From the NCBI GenBank assembly GCA_048550195.1, contig JBLYYR010000051.1, forward strand, positions 1-57,432: DNA of 57,432 nt, given 5' to 3'. This document shows positions 36,846-45,785 of the stretch, in pieces. A model generated the notes under the pieces. It saw nothing but the letters and a program-made list of their open reading frames with translations, did not search any database and was not told where the DNA came from. The stretch comes from Arenicellales bacterium. GTDB lineage: Bacteria; Pseudomonadota; Gammaproteobacteria; BMS3Bbin11. The translations under genes and the position numbers were made by a program. Position 1 is the first letter of the stretch, and the number at the start of each line of letters is the position of its first letter.

Positions 36846-38222
36846 ATGCTGCCCAACCAATTCTCCCTGCTAACGCAACAGTTCACGTTACCTGCACCCG
36901 ATAACGATGCCCGGCGGATGACGGCCGGCTGGTTATTCCTTGGTCTGGCGGCACTGGTCATCGGTGGTCTGTTTACCATCCTGATTGTTCTCTCCCGTAC
37001 CCCTTTCTTTCAGGACATCATCCCCTGGGTAGATTTTTTCCGTACCGCCCTGGTGGTCCATGTTGACCTGACTGTACTGGTCTGGTTCCTGGCATTCTCT
37101 GGTGTTTTATGGAGCTACAATAGTACGAATAAATGCCTGCAGTGTGGATGGGTCGCTTTACTGATGGCCAGTGCAGGAACCCTGATCATAACAATCTCCC
37201 CTTTTACCGGTGAAAGCCACCCGTTAATGAGCAATTATGTGCCGGTATTACAGAGCACAGTATTTTTTACCGGCCTCGGTTTATTTGGGCTCGGCTACGG
37301 CCTGCTGGTACTGCGCATGCTTATGACTACATTGGCAGCACGAAACAATAACGGAGGCGAAGTCTTACGCTTTGGTCTGTTTGTCGCTGTTGTCGCCTCC
37401 TTATTCGCCTTAGCTGCGCTCATGTTGTCTTATCTTGGTATCAACGACGACTTCAAAGGCGAGGCTTATTACGACCGACTGTTCTGGGGCAGTGGCCATA
37501 TACTGCAATTTAGCCATACCCAGTTGATGCTGGTTGCCTGGTTATGGCTAGCTACGGTCAGTGGTGCCTTCCTCAGACTAACACCCCGTGTAGTGCTTAT
37601 ATTATTTGTCATGGGTTTGTTGCCGGTATTAATGGTACCCATCATTTATGTATCATTTGATGTCAGCTCCGGTGACCATATGTTCTGGTTTATTCAGCTA
37701 ATGAAGTACGGCGGTGCAATTGCAGCTGTTCCCATTGGCCTGGCAACCACGCTCGCCATCGTAGAAAGATGGCGACCTGTCCCTGGCTTTGAAATTGAGC
37801 GCAGCGCACTGATTTTTTCAATTCTGCTATTTGGCGTGGGTGGTATTATCGGCTTCATGATCAGTGGCAGCGACGTAAGGGTCACCGCCCATTATCATGG
37901 CTCTATCGTTGGTGTAACACTTGCCTTCATGGGTATGGCCTATCACCTTCTTCCACAGCTGGGCTTCAGAAAAGTCAGCGGACGTGCAGCACGATGGCAA
38001 CCTGGAATCTACGGCATTGGCCAGCTGCTGCACATCATTGGCCTGGCATGGTCGGGCGGGTATGGCGTGCAACGTAAAACGGCCGGTGCAGAACAGGGCC
38101 TGGAAAAGTTTGAACAGATTGCTGGAATGGGTTTAATGGGGCTGGGAGGATTAATCTCAATTATTGGTGGTATTATTTTTCTGGTTGTTGTCTATCAGGC
38201 AATAAAACCGGATAAGAAATGA
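36846..38222 (+). CDS. Heme-copper oxidase subunit-I-like membrane protein with an altered active-site ligand set
   Basis: 458 aa, about 12 TM helices. Motifs are ALVVHVDLTVLVWF, LFWGSGHILQF, SSGDHMFWF (Asp-His where His-His is expected) and VTAHYHGSIVG. No subunit II gene is adjacent. Confidence 0.75.
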   Translation: MLPNQFSLLTQQFTLPAPDNDARRMTAGWLFLGLAALVIGGLFTILIVLSRTPFFQDIIPWVDFFRTALVVHVDLTVLVWFLAFSGVLWSYNSTNKCLQCGWVALLMASAGTLIITISPFTGESHPLMSNYVPVLQSTVFFTGLGLFGLGYGLLVLRMLMTTLAARNNNGGEVLRFGLFVAVVASLFALAALMLSYLGINDDFKGEAYYDRLFWGSGHILQFSHTQLMLVAWLWLATVSGAFLRLTPRVVLILFVMGLLPVLMVPIIYVSFDVSSGDHMFWFIQLMKYGGAIAAVPIGLATTLAIVERWRPVPGFEIERSALIFSILLFGVGGIIGFMISGSDVRVTAHYHGSIVGVTLAFMGMAYHLLPQLGFRKVSGRAARWQPGIYGIGQLLHIIGLAWSGGYGVQRKTAGAEQGLEKFEQIAGMGLMGLGGLISIIGGIIFLVVVYQAIKPDKK

Positions 38223-38297
38223 TAAGCGGGGGCCAGATACCAGTTGCTTCTACTATCAGGAACAATATAGGCCTGACCCGGGGTGACCGAATACTGG

Positions 38298-38705
38298 TCA
38301 AGGTCCAACATGTATCAGCAAGCGTCGTCGATGCCCTCTTCTGCGGTGTTCCCACAAGTAAAGTCCTTGCCAGCAGCCCAGTCCCAACCTGCCGCTGATG
38401 ATGGGAATGCCCAGTGATGTGCTGGTGAGGATGGCTTTGATATGGGCAGGCATGTCATCCGGCCCTTCGGTAGTATGTGTATACAGGCCATCATTTTCCG
38501 GTACCAGTCGGTTCAGCCAGTTTTCCAGATCTCGCCGCGCTGACGGGTCAGCATTTTCCTGGATGATCAGGCTGGCCGAGGTATGGCTGACAAAAACAGT
38601 ACAAAGCCCATGCTCGAATCCAGAAATCGTGACAAAGTCTCTAATCTGACTGGTAATATCGAGCAGGCCCTGTCCCGGCGTTTCAATTATTAGTTCCTCG
38701 ACCAT
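38298..38705 (-). CDS. YjbQ/UPF0047 family protein
   Basis: 135 aa with HTSASLIIQENADP, DDMPAHIKA and GLGCWQGLYLWEHR motifs. Confidence 0.8.
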   Translation of the reverse strand: MVEELIIETPGQGLLDITSQIRDFVTISGFEHGLCTVFVSHTSASLIIQENADPSARRDLENWLNRLVPENDGLYTHTTEGPDDMPAHIKAILTSTSLGIPIISGRLGLGCWQGLYLWEHRRRGHRRRLLIHVGP

Positions 38706-38769
38706 TTTTTCTCCACACCCATTATTTAAAACATTTGGCCAGTAATGACAATCTGTCTGCTAGAATTGT

Positions 38770-39453
38770 ATGCAGAACATTGAATTCAGAATTGTTCGAC
38801 AGAGTCTAATTATGCAAGAAATCAGGCTACCAAAAAACATACCGATTTTCCCGCTTACCGGTGTACTGTTGTTACCTGGCGGGCTACTGCCATTACACAT
38901 ATTTGAACAGCGTTATCTCGACATGTTCAGAGATGCACTTGCAGGCGATGGCATTATTGGCATGATTCAGCCAGAACTGGAACAGGCTCACTTGCAAAAC
39001 CCGGCTGTATTTTCAACCGGCTGTGCTGGAAAAATCTCACACCATGAAGATACCAGTGATGGCCGTATGCTGGTCACGCTACGTGGTCTGTGTCGCTTTG
39101 AGACAATCAAGGAGCATGATAACGGTCTCTCCTACCGAACATCTGAAGTAAATTATTTGCCTTCCGGAAATATCATCCTGGATGAGACTGAAAACAGCAA
39201 ACGACAACGACTTTTAAATGCCGCCTCATTATACCTTTCACTGCTGGAAGAAAATGCACGGCTTGAGCCGATACTGGAAGCCGGCATGTCCGAGCTGGTG
39301 ACCGTACTTTCGATGCACTGCCCGTTCAGCTCGCGGGAAAAACAAAGCCTGCTGGAAGCACCTGACCTGAATATCCGTGTCGATCGCCTGATTGAATTGC
39401 TGGAACAGTCAGCACTCGATGGCTGGCAGTCAGATGACCAGACGGTAAATTAA
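38770..39453 (+). CDS. LON substrate-binding (Lon N-terminal) domain protein
   Basis: IPIFPLTGVLLLPGGLLPLHIFEQRYLDM motif. The start may instead be the ATG at 38812. Confidence 0.75.
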   Translation: MQNIEFRIVRQSLIMQEIRLPKNIPIFPLTGVLLLPGGLLPLHIFEQRYLDMFRDALAGDGIIGMIQPELEQAHLQNPAVFSTGCAGKISHHEDTSDGRMLVTLRGLCRFETIKEHDNGLSYRTSEVNYLPSGNIILDETENSKRQRLLNAASLYLSLLEENARLEPILEAGMSELVTVLSMHCPFSSREKQSLLEAPDLNIRVDRLIELLEQSALDGWQSDDQTVN

Positions 39454-39523
39454 AAATTCGTGTTAAGGTTTACGTTTTATGTATTACGTAAATCATAAAA
39501 CCTAATACGTAAAACAGCTCTTT

Positions 39524-40732
39524 TTAAGACCGCAAAGCTTCTACAGGGTGCAAGCCTGCTGCCTTGATTGCAGGATAGGTCGCTGATAGCACCCCGGCAA
39601 GCAGTGCAATAGCAAAACCTGTAAGCACTGTTTGACTATCGAATAATACTGGCAGATCAAACCAGCTGGAGACGATGACACCCAGCCCCCAACCGGCCAG
39701 CAGGCCAGCTGTTCCACCAACAAGGGCGAGCATAAGACCTTCAACCATGAACTGCTGCAAGATATCATTTCGTGTTGCGCCGACGGCTCTGCGCAGGCCA
39801 ATCTCACTGCGCCGGGTATTGATGCTGACCAGCATCACATTCAACACACCGGCTATGCCTACAGTAAGTATGATACTGGATATACCCAGCAGAAAAAGTT
39901 CGAGCATATTCTGAAACTGCTTCTTTTTTATTAGCAGTTGATAAGGAATGATCAGTTCCAGTTTCTGTTGACTGAAACTGGCACCGAAAATACGCTGCAA
40001 TAATGGGATGGCGGCAGGGATGCGCTGATCATCAGCAAACTTAAGCAACAGCTTGCTGAACTGCAGATCATCCACTGCTTTTGGCGTCATAACTGTCAAT
40101 GGGACATAAATTGTACGGCTCGTATCAGGCGTCTGATAACCTGACAATTTCATTATCGGCGATCTACCTGTCGCCAGCACACCGATCACTGTAAACCACT
40201 CCCGGCCCAGCCGAAACAGCTGCCCGTTTGCCTGGGTGGTGGCAAACAAGGCCATCGCCGCCTGATGACCAAGCACCGCTACCCGCTTACGGTGCCGTAA
40301 ATCATAAGGTGCCAGAAATCTGCCGTTAGCCAATGCCAGCGAAAATACATCACGATAGGCGTTGCTGGTTCCTACAATTCTTATTCGTTGTGACTTACGC
40401 TGCATATAGGTGGTTCGATATGTTTGTTTAACCGGTGCCATTGCCGACAACTCATGCCCCATCAGCTTCTTCATAGTGGTCAGCATCTGCGAGTTCAGTT
40501 GTGGAAGACCATCTGCCGAGGTGCTGTTAACAATCACTGTACTGGTACCTAATACGCCAACTGCTCGGGAAAATTCCTCGCGAGCACCCTGGCCCATGGC
40601 AACAACAACGACAAAGCCCATTACACCAATAGCTATACCTGCGATACTCAGCAGTGCCTGCAGGCGCTTTACCTGCCACAATTTGTAGGCAGGAAGTATA
40701 TAGCTGAAGAGTCCCGGCTTAGTGGCTAGCAT
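39524..40732 (-). CDS. ABC exporter permease, FtsX/MacB-type
   Basis: 402 aa with an N-terminal TM helix, a large periplasmic domain and a C-terminal FtsX-like three-helix bundle. Confidence 0.8.
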   Translation of the reverse strand: MLATKPGLFSYILPAYKLWQVKRLQALLSIAGIAIGVMGFVVVVAMGQGAREEFSRAVGVLGTSTVIVNSTSADGLPQLNSQMLTTMKKLMGHELSAMAPVKQTYRTTYMQRKSQRIRIVGTSNAYRDVFSLALANGRFLAPYDLRHRKRVAVLGHQAAMALFATTQANGQLFRLGREWFTVIGVLATGRSPIMKLSGYQTPDTSRTIYVPLTVMTPKAVDDLQFSKLLLKFADDQRIPAAIPLLQRIFGASFSQQKLELIIPYQLLIKKKQFQNMLELFLLGISSIILTVGIAGVLNVMLVSINTRRSEIGLRRAVGATRNDILQQFMVEGLMLALVGGTAGLLAGWGLGVIVSSWFDLPVLFDSQTVLTGFAIALLAGVLSATYPAIKAAGLHPVEALRS

Positions 40733-41390
40733 GACTCAGGGCACCGTCTTCCATGATGAAAGTTCTATCCGCCGCCTTAGCCACGGCTTCGTCATGCGTG
40801 ATCAGGACTATCGTTAAGCCTTGAGCGTTCAAGTCCCTTAACATGTTAACGATTTCAGTGGAATTGTGACTATCGAGATTACCTGTTGGCTCATCCGCCA
40901 GCAATAAGCGAGGGCGGTTAAACAGGGCACGGGCGATCGCCACACGCTGGCTTTCGCCGCCAGACAACTGTCTGGGAAGGTGTGACAGGCGATGCCCAAG
41001 GCCGACTTGTTCAAGCAGATCAATGGCCCTCTGCCGGCTGTCGGCACGGGACATACCTGAATAAAAACCCGGCATGGCAACATTATCAGGCAGATCAAGA
41101 TAATCAATAAAGCTTGTAGCCTGAAAGACAAAACCCAGTTTGCGGTTTCTGATATCAGCCAATGCCCTGTCATCCATTTTCGATATCGTTTCCTGATCGA
41201 GAATGAAACTGCCGGTGTCTGCGATGTCCAGACAACCAAGAATATTAAGCAAGGTCGATTTACCGGTACCAGAGGGTCCCATAATAGCTACAAATTCCCC
41301 ATCAGTGACCTCCAGTGAAACTTTTTTCAGGACAGGAACCTGCTGCCCCGGCAACTGGTAACTTTTAACTAAGGATCGAGTCCGGATCAC
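40719..41390 (-). CDS. ABC transporter ATP-binding protein (MacB/LolD-type)
   Basis: Walker A GPSGTGKST, signature LSGGESQR, Walker B LLLADEPT. Confidence 0.9.
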   Translation of the reverse strand: MIRTRSLVKSYQLPGQQVPVLKKVSLEVTDGEFVAIMGPSGTGKSTLLNILGCLDIADTGSFILDQETISKMDDRALADIRNRKLGFVFQATSFIDYLDLPDNVAMPGFYSGMSRADSRQRAIDLLEQVGLGHRLSHLPRQLSGGESQRVAIARALFNRPRLLLADEPTGNLDSHNSTEIVNMLRDLNAQGLTIVLITHDEAVAKAADRTFIMEDGALSHASH

Positions 41391-42859
41391 GAGCTTGGCT
41401 CATTCACCAGTACTTTTCGTGGATCATGCAAAAGCAATTTTTCTCCGCCCGACAGCCCTTTGGTTACCACAACAAAATTGCCATCACTGGGGCCGGTTTC
41501 AATGTCAATCGCTTCAGCCTTATTCATTTTCCACAAAAAGCTCACTGTCTGGTCGCCCGAATAAAACACGGCCTCTACCGGTACACGCACAACATCTTCC
41601 AGATGGTCTGCCTGGATTCTGGCACGTACTGTCATACCCGGGCGAAGTTTTGGGTCAATACCATTGATTGCCACACGAACCAGAAACCTTGGCATTTCTT
41701 CATTCTTGCCGGTTGCCAGTGTGCCAATAGTTTCCACTCGCCCGTTCAATAACAGGTTGGGATAAGCCTGAGGACGAACCAATGCAGCCTGTCCTACTTC
41801 GAGCTGGGCAATATCTGTTTCACGAACCTTCAGGTCGGTAATAATTTCAGACATATCAGGCAGGACAATGAAACCATTGTGCTGCCAGACGGAGTCACCT
41901 ACCTGCACCTTGCGTATTTCACCCTGTACCGAGACCTTTCTATAGACGACAAAACCTGGTACTGGTGCTTTTATAATTGTTTTATCCAGCAATGCTTTTG
42001 CTGACAGCAGTGACTTTTTCAGTGCATCGTAATGATGATTTAAGCGCATCATTGCCGTGTTTTTCAGGGCTAATTTATGCTGATTAACCTTCTTCTGCTC
42101 AGAAACCTTACGCTCAAGTTCTGCCAACTTGAGTTCTGACTGCCGAATCTCACCGGGTGCTATCATTTCACGCAGCAGTTTATCCTGCTGTTTTGCCAGA
42201 TCCAGTTCAGCGGCGGACTCACTAATCGCTGCCTTTGCCTGCTCGTATTCACGGCGTTTTGTAAAACCTTGCTCAAACAGATCTTTCGCAGATTTGGCTT
42301 TTTTCTTTGCCAGCCTGTATTTTTGTTCAGCTGCCTGCAGATCATTTTTTGATTTTGTCAGGCGCAAAGGCAGCTCGGCCTGTTCCAGATTCCTGTGTTT
42401 GAGTTGAGCCACTTCGACATTGTGCAGCATACTTTCGCTACTTGCCCTGCCCTGCTGGATGGTTAGCTGGAGTTCTTCTTCAGCCTGCGCCAGCGCTGCA
42501 CTGGCATCGCTTATCTCTGCGTTCAGCTTTTCAATATCTTCAACAAACGGGGCCTTATCAAACTTGACGATGACCTCACCGGGTTTAACGGTAGCGCCTT
42601 CCTGCCTGAGAAAAATAATCTTCGCCCTGTTACTGGGAAGAGCCGAAGCGAGGGTCACAGAGCGTCGCGCTTCAAGAATGCCTGACTCGATAATAGAAAT
42701 ATCAAATGAACCCTGATCTGCTCTGGCAACGACTGGGTCCTGGAACACAGCGCTTTCGATGCCTTCTTTTCCAGAACTTAGAAAGGAAAGAACTGTGTAG
42801 GCCACGAGCAGGGCGACGCCCCCTTTAATTACATTTGATTTGCTTGCGGTAATTGCCAT
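41387..42859 (-). CDS. HlyD-family periplasmic adaptor with long coiled coil
   Basis: 490 aa with an N-terminal anchor, extended heptad-rich central region and beta-barrel C-terminus. Its ends overlap both neighbouring genes. Confidence 0.8.
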   Translation of the reverse strand: MAITASKSNVIKGGVALLVAYTVLSFLSSGKEGIESAVFQDPVVARADQGSFDISIIESGILEARRSVTLASALPSNRAKIIFLRQEGATVKPGEVIVKFDKAPFVEDIEKLNAEISDASAALAQAEEELQLTIQQGRASSESMLHNVEVAQLKHRNLEQAELPLRLTKSKNDLQAAEQKYRLAKKKAKSAKDLFEQGFTKRREYEQAKAAISESAAELDLAKQQDKLLREMIAPGEIRQSELKLAELERKVSEQKKVNQHKLALKNTAMMRLNHHYDALKKSLLSAKALLDKTIIKAPVPGFVVYRKVSVQGEIRKVQVGDSVWQHNGFIVLPDMSEIITDLKVRETDIAQLEVGQAALVRPQAYPNLLLNGRVETIGTLATGKNEEMPRFLVRVAINGIDPKLRPGMTVRARIQADHLEDVVRVPVEAVFYSGDQTVSFLWKMNKAEAIDIETGPSDGNFVVVTKGLSGGEKLLLHDPRKVLVNEPSS

Positions 42860-44262
42860 TTATCTCTCAATTGACCACTTATCAGGTCAAGATTCAGCCG
42901 TGCCAGTTGTAAATCAATAAATGCCGTCAAACTGGATTGCCTTAGCCGGGCCAGATCACGCTGGCTTTCAAGTAGTTCGATTACATCGATCTGCCCGTCA
43001 TCATATCTCCTTTTTGCCAGCACGAACCGTTTTTCTCCCAGCTCTGCCGTCTTTTGTGCCAGCAATGACTTCTCTTCGTAACGCCCCATCTGTCGAACAA
43101 CACTGCGGATTTCTGTTTTAACCGTAGCAGTAAAATGCCTGTAACTTCTCACTGCCTGCTCATATTCAAGCACAGCAAGTCTTGCCTGGTTTTTTTCTGT
43201 GGCCAGCGCAAAATCTGTTGACACATTCAGGCCCAGGCCGATGCGCTGATCATCCACCCCAAAGGTTTCATCCAGTGACTCACCCTGCCCGACCAGTGCA
43301 TAGTGGATGCTCAAGTCAACCGGGGGGCCTACCCGCCTGTTAATGATGTTCATTCTCTGCAGTGCGTAATCACGGCTTTCCTTCATCGCAACAATTTCCA
43401 GCCGATGGTCCATAGCCATTTTTTGCAGCACCTCAACCTCCTCTTGCTGAGCTGATGCCTGCTGACCTTCCAGCAGGGAAAAATCAAAATCCACTTCATC
43501 TTCAGGGTTCAGACCAAGCAGTACCTTGAGTTTGTCCAGATCATTTTGCAGCGAGGCCTCTGTGTCATTCACTGCCTGCCTGGAATGGGATGCATTTAAC
43601 TCTGCCTGTTCAACATCAAAGCTTGAAGCCAGGTCATTTGCATATCTGGCCTTAACAGCGGCAACCAGCGTATCTGCCGCTTCCAGTGCTGTCTGTTGTA
43701 CAGCTATCCCCTGTTCTGCCAGGTAAGCCCGATACCAGGCCTGTATGATTCTTGCTGTCAGTTCTTCTGCACCAACCTCACTAACACGCTGGCTGTGTTT
43801 TCTGTCACTCTCTGCTTTGTTTAGAGTCAAGACACCACTTCGCTCCGGATCAGAAAACAGGGGCCGGGTGTACTGCACTCTAAATTCACTTAGTGCACTG
43901 GTATCAAACTGTGAGGCATATACTCCGGCTTCGACCCGTGAACCATCACCCAGCTTGCGGCTTAGTGACATTCTGTACTGCTGACCAATCTCAGCACCAA
44001 CCACCGTATCTGATCTAACTGAAGCATTAAAATGTGTACGGAAAACAGAACGTGCGACATCCAGTGTCATGTCAGACTTTTTTACCCTGTCCAGCACCTG
44101 CAGATATTCATAGTTGCCATTGAAGGCTGACCTGATCGCATCGTGCAAATTCATCCCTGCATACAGGGGCTCAGCTGCCAGTAATAGAAGGAGTACTAAT
44201 ATACGTCGAGCAGGACTTCGCGATGGTGAAAAATAATTGAATCTATTCAACAAAATATTCAT
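42829..44262 (-). CDS. TolC-family outer membrane efflux protein
   Basis: 477 aa with a signal peptide and two repeated helical/beta halves typical of OEP proteins. Confidence 0.8.
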   Translation of the reverse strand: MNILLNRFNYFSPSRSPARRILVLLLLLAAEPLYAGMNLHDAIRSAFNGNYEYLQVLDRVKKSDMTLDVARSVFRTHFNASVRSDTVVGAEIGQQYRMSLSRKLGDGSRVEAGVYASQFDTSALSEFRVQYTRPLFSDPERSGVLTLNKAESDRKHSQRVSEVGAEELTARIIQAWYRAYLAEQGIAVQQTALEAADTLVAAVKARYANDLASSFDVEQAELNASHSRQAVNDTEASLQNDLDKLKVLLGLNPEDEVDFDFSLLEGQQASAQQEEVEVLQKMAMDHRLEIVAMKESRDYALQRMNIINRRVGPPVDLSIHYALVGQGESLDETFGVDDQRIGLGLNVSTDFALATEKNQARLAVLEYEQAVRSYRHFTATVKTEIRSVVRQMGRYEEKSLLAQKTAELGEKRFVLAKRRYDDGQIDVIELLESQRDLARLRQSSLTAFIDLQLARLNLDLISGQLRDKWQLPQANQM

Positions 44263-44402
44263 TCATAAACCACAGGTGGCGTAAATGAAAACCCATATTC
44301 TATAAAACCTCTGATTTATTCGTCATCGCGAGAGCTTTTTTCAGCTTGATGCTGTTGTTTCCTGTACTCTGAACTTACTGCAGGATGGTCCAGCAGAAAT
44401 TT

Positions 44403-45212
44403 CTATTTGATTCCAGTGGCGTTGTAGGTGATCGCCTGGCCGCCTTCCAGAGTTCCGTCCGAGCCAATATTGATCAAAAAACTTAAATTTGTCGAAACAG
44501 AAATAGACCCGGCCAACTGAAATAGCGTAGGAGTACCATCATAAGAACCATTTGAGCTCGCCGTGAATGACTCGCCAACGATAGTACCGGAAAGTTGAGC
44601 AGGAAAATTGGGATTATTGGAGGTCTGAAGAATTGTTAGTTCAGTTCCAATAACCTCCAGCTGCAGTACAAGGCTACTTATTAGTACAGGCAAATCTCCC
44701 GGGTTATTCGCCACCGTTGCGGTGACATTATAAGTGCCTCCTAATGAGCCTTCATCTCCACCGCCATCACCCGGGTCGCCTGTTCCCGGTTCACCTGTTC
44801 CCGGGTCACCAGTAGCAGGATCACTCGTGTCATCGCCACCTGAGCTACCGACTGCAAGCAGTATTACTGCTGCGGCACCCGCTGCAACACCTATCATTAC
44901 GGGCTTGCTCATACCTGAACTGGCTACAGATACTGTTTTTATGGTGTACCCTGACGAATCAGACAGGGTATAGACTCCACCTTTTTTGAAGTTATGCTCC
45001 AGAATGCCTTTGTCATCAGTGACCCTTTGCGTTTTTGACCCATCAGGTGAGGTAATAGTAATAAGTGTACTTTTTAGGGGCTGACCATTCTCACCTATCA
45101 TGGATAGATGTTTTGTAATCGCGTTAGCAGCGGGGGCAAGAAGGACAAGAAGTATGCCGAAAATCAGTAATGATAGCCGGCCTTTTTGAAACTGTAGGTG
45201 CGTAGATAACAA
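44403..45212 (-). CDS. Signal-peptide protein with beta-sandwich domain, hydrophobic segment and Gly/Asp/Pro repeat linker
   Basis: TTG start, 269 aa. It contains the GDPGTGEPGTGDPGDGGGD low-complexity tract and a beta-rich C-terminal domain. I recognise no family. Confidence 0.5.
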   Translation of the reverse strand: MLSTHLQFQKGRLSLLIFGILLVLLAPAANAITKHLSMIGENGQPLKSTLITITSPDGSKTQRVTDDKGILEHNFKKGGVYTLSDSSGYTIKTVSVASSGMSKPVMIGVAAGAAAVILLAVGSSGGDDTSDPATGDPGTGEPGTGDPGDGGGDEGSLGGTYNVTATVANNPGDLPVLISSLVLQLEVIGTELTILQTSNNPNFPAQLSGTIVGESFTASSNGSYDGTPTLFQLAGSISVSTNLSFLINIGSDGTLEGGQAITYNATGIK

Positions 45213-45342
45213 GTTAATACCCTCTTTGGATTACCGCCGCATAGTTTGAAATCTATTCAGCGGAGTAATTTTGTATATTCCTATTTAAATGAAAACAAAT
45301 CAATGTTCCATTGAACCGGGGCATCACCAACCTTTATGAGAC

Positions 45343-45684
45343 TCACTTTTCCTCCTTAAGCCTTCGCTCAACTTCTATCGATGGATATTTCTGTGCATTA
45401 ATCATCAGCTTGCGCTTTACCGCATCATCCAGATCAACACCACAGCGATCAGCCATGCGCACCAGATAAATCATGACGTCGGCCATCTCCAGCGCCACCT
45501 CCTCCCTGGTGTCAGCATTGAGGTTTAGACTTTGCTGCTCAGTCATCCATTCAAAATGCTCCATCAATTCTGCCATTTCGACATTCATGGCCATCACCAG
45601 GTTCTTTGGTGAATGGAACTTTTCCCAGTCGCGTGCTTCGGCAAAGTCACGAAGGTACTGCTTAAGATCTTCAATATTAATCAT
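45343..45684 (-). CDS. MazG-like nucleotide pyrophosphohydrolase
   Basis: 113 aa with FAEARDWEKFHSPKNL...EMAELMEHFEW...EVALEMADV motifs. Confidence 0.8.
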   Translation of the reverse strand: MINIEDLKQYLRDFAEARDWEKFHSPKNLVMAMNVEMAELMEHFEWMTEQQSLNLNADTREEVALEMADVMIYLVRMADRCGVDLDDAVKRKLMINAQKYPSIEVERRLKEEK

Positions 45685-45785
45685 ATTGTAAGGATATACT
45701 CTGTTAAAAATGATCTCTAAGGACTAAGGATGTATAGAGGGTTTTTCTTTTGTCTTTTGTCCTGGAACATGGAACTTTCCAATTT

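Noticed and set aside
39474-39501. AT-rich hairpin GTTTTATG..CATAAAAC between the convergent Lon-N and permease genes as a terminator
   Set aside because: The stem is short and AT-rich with a 12-nt loop. It is plausible but too weak to list as a feature.
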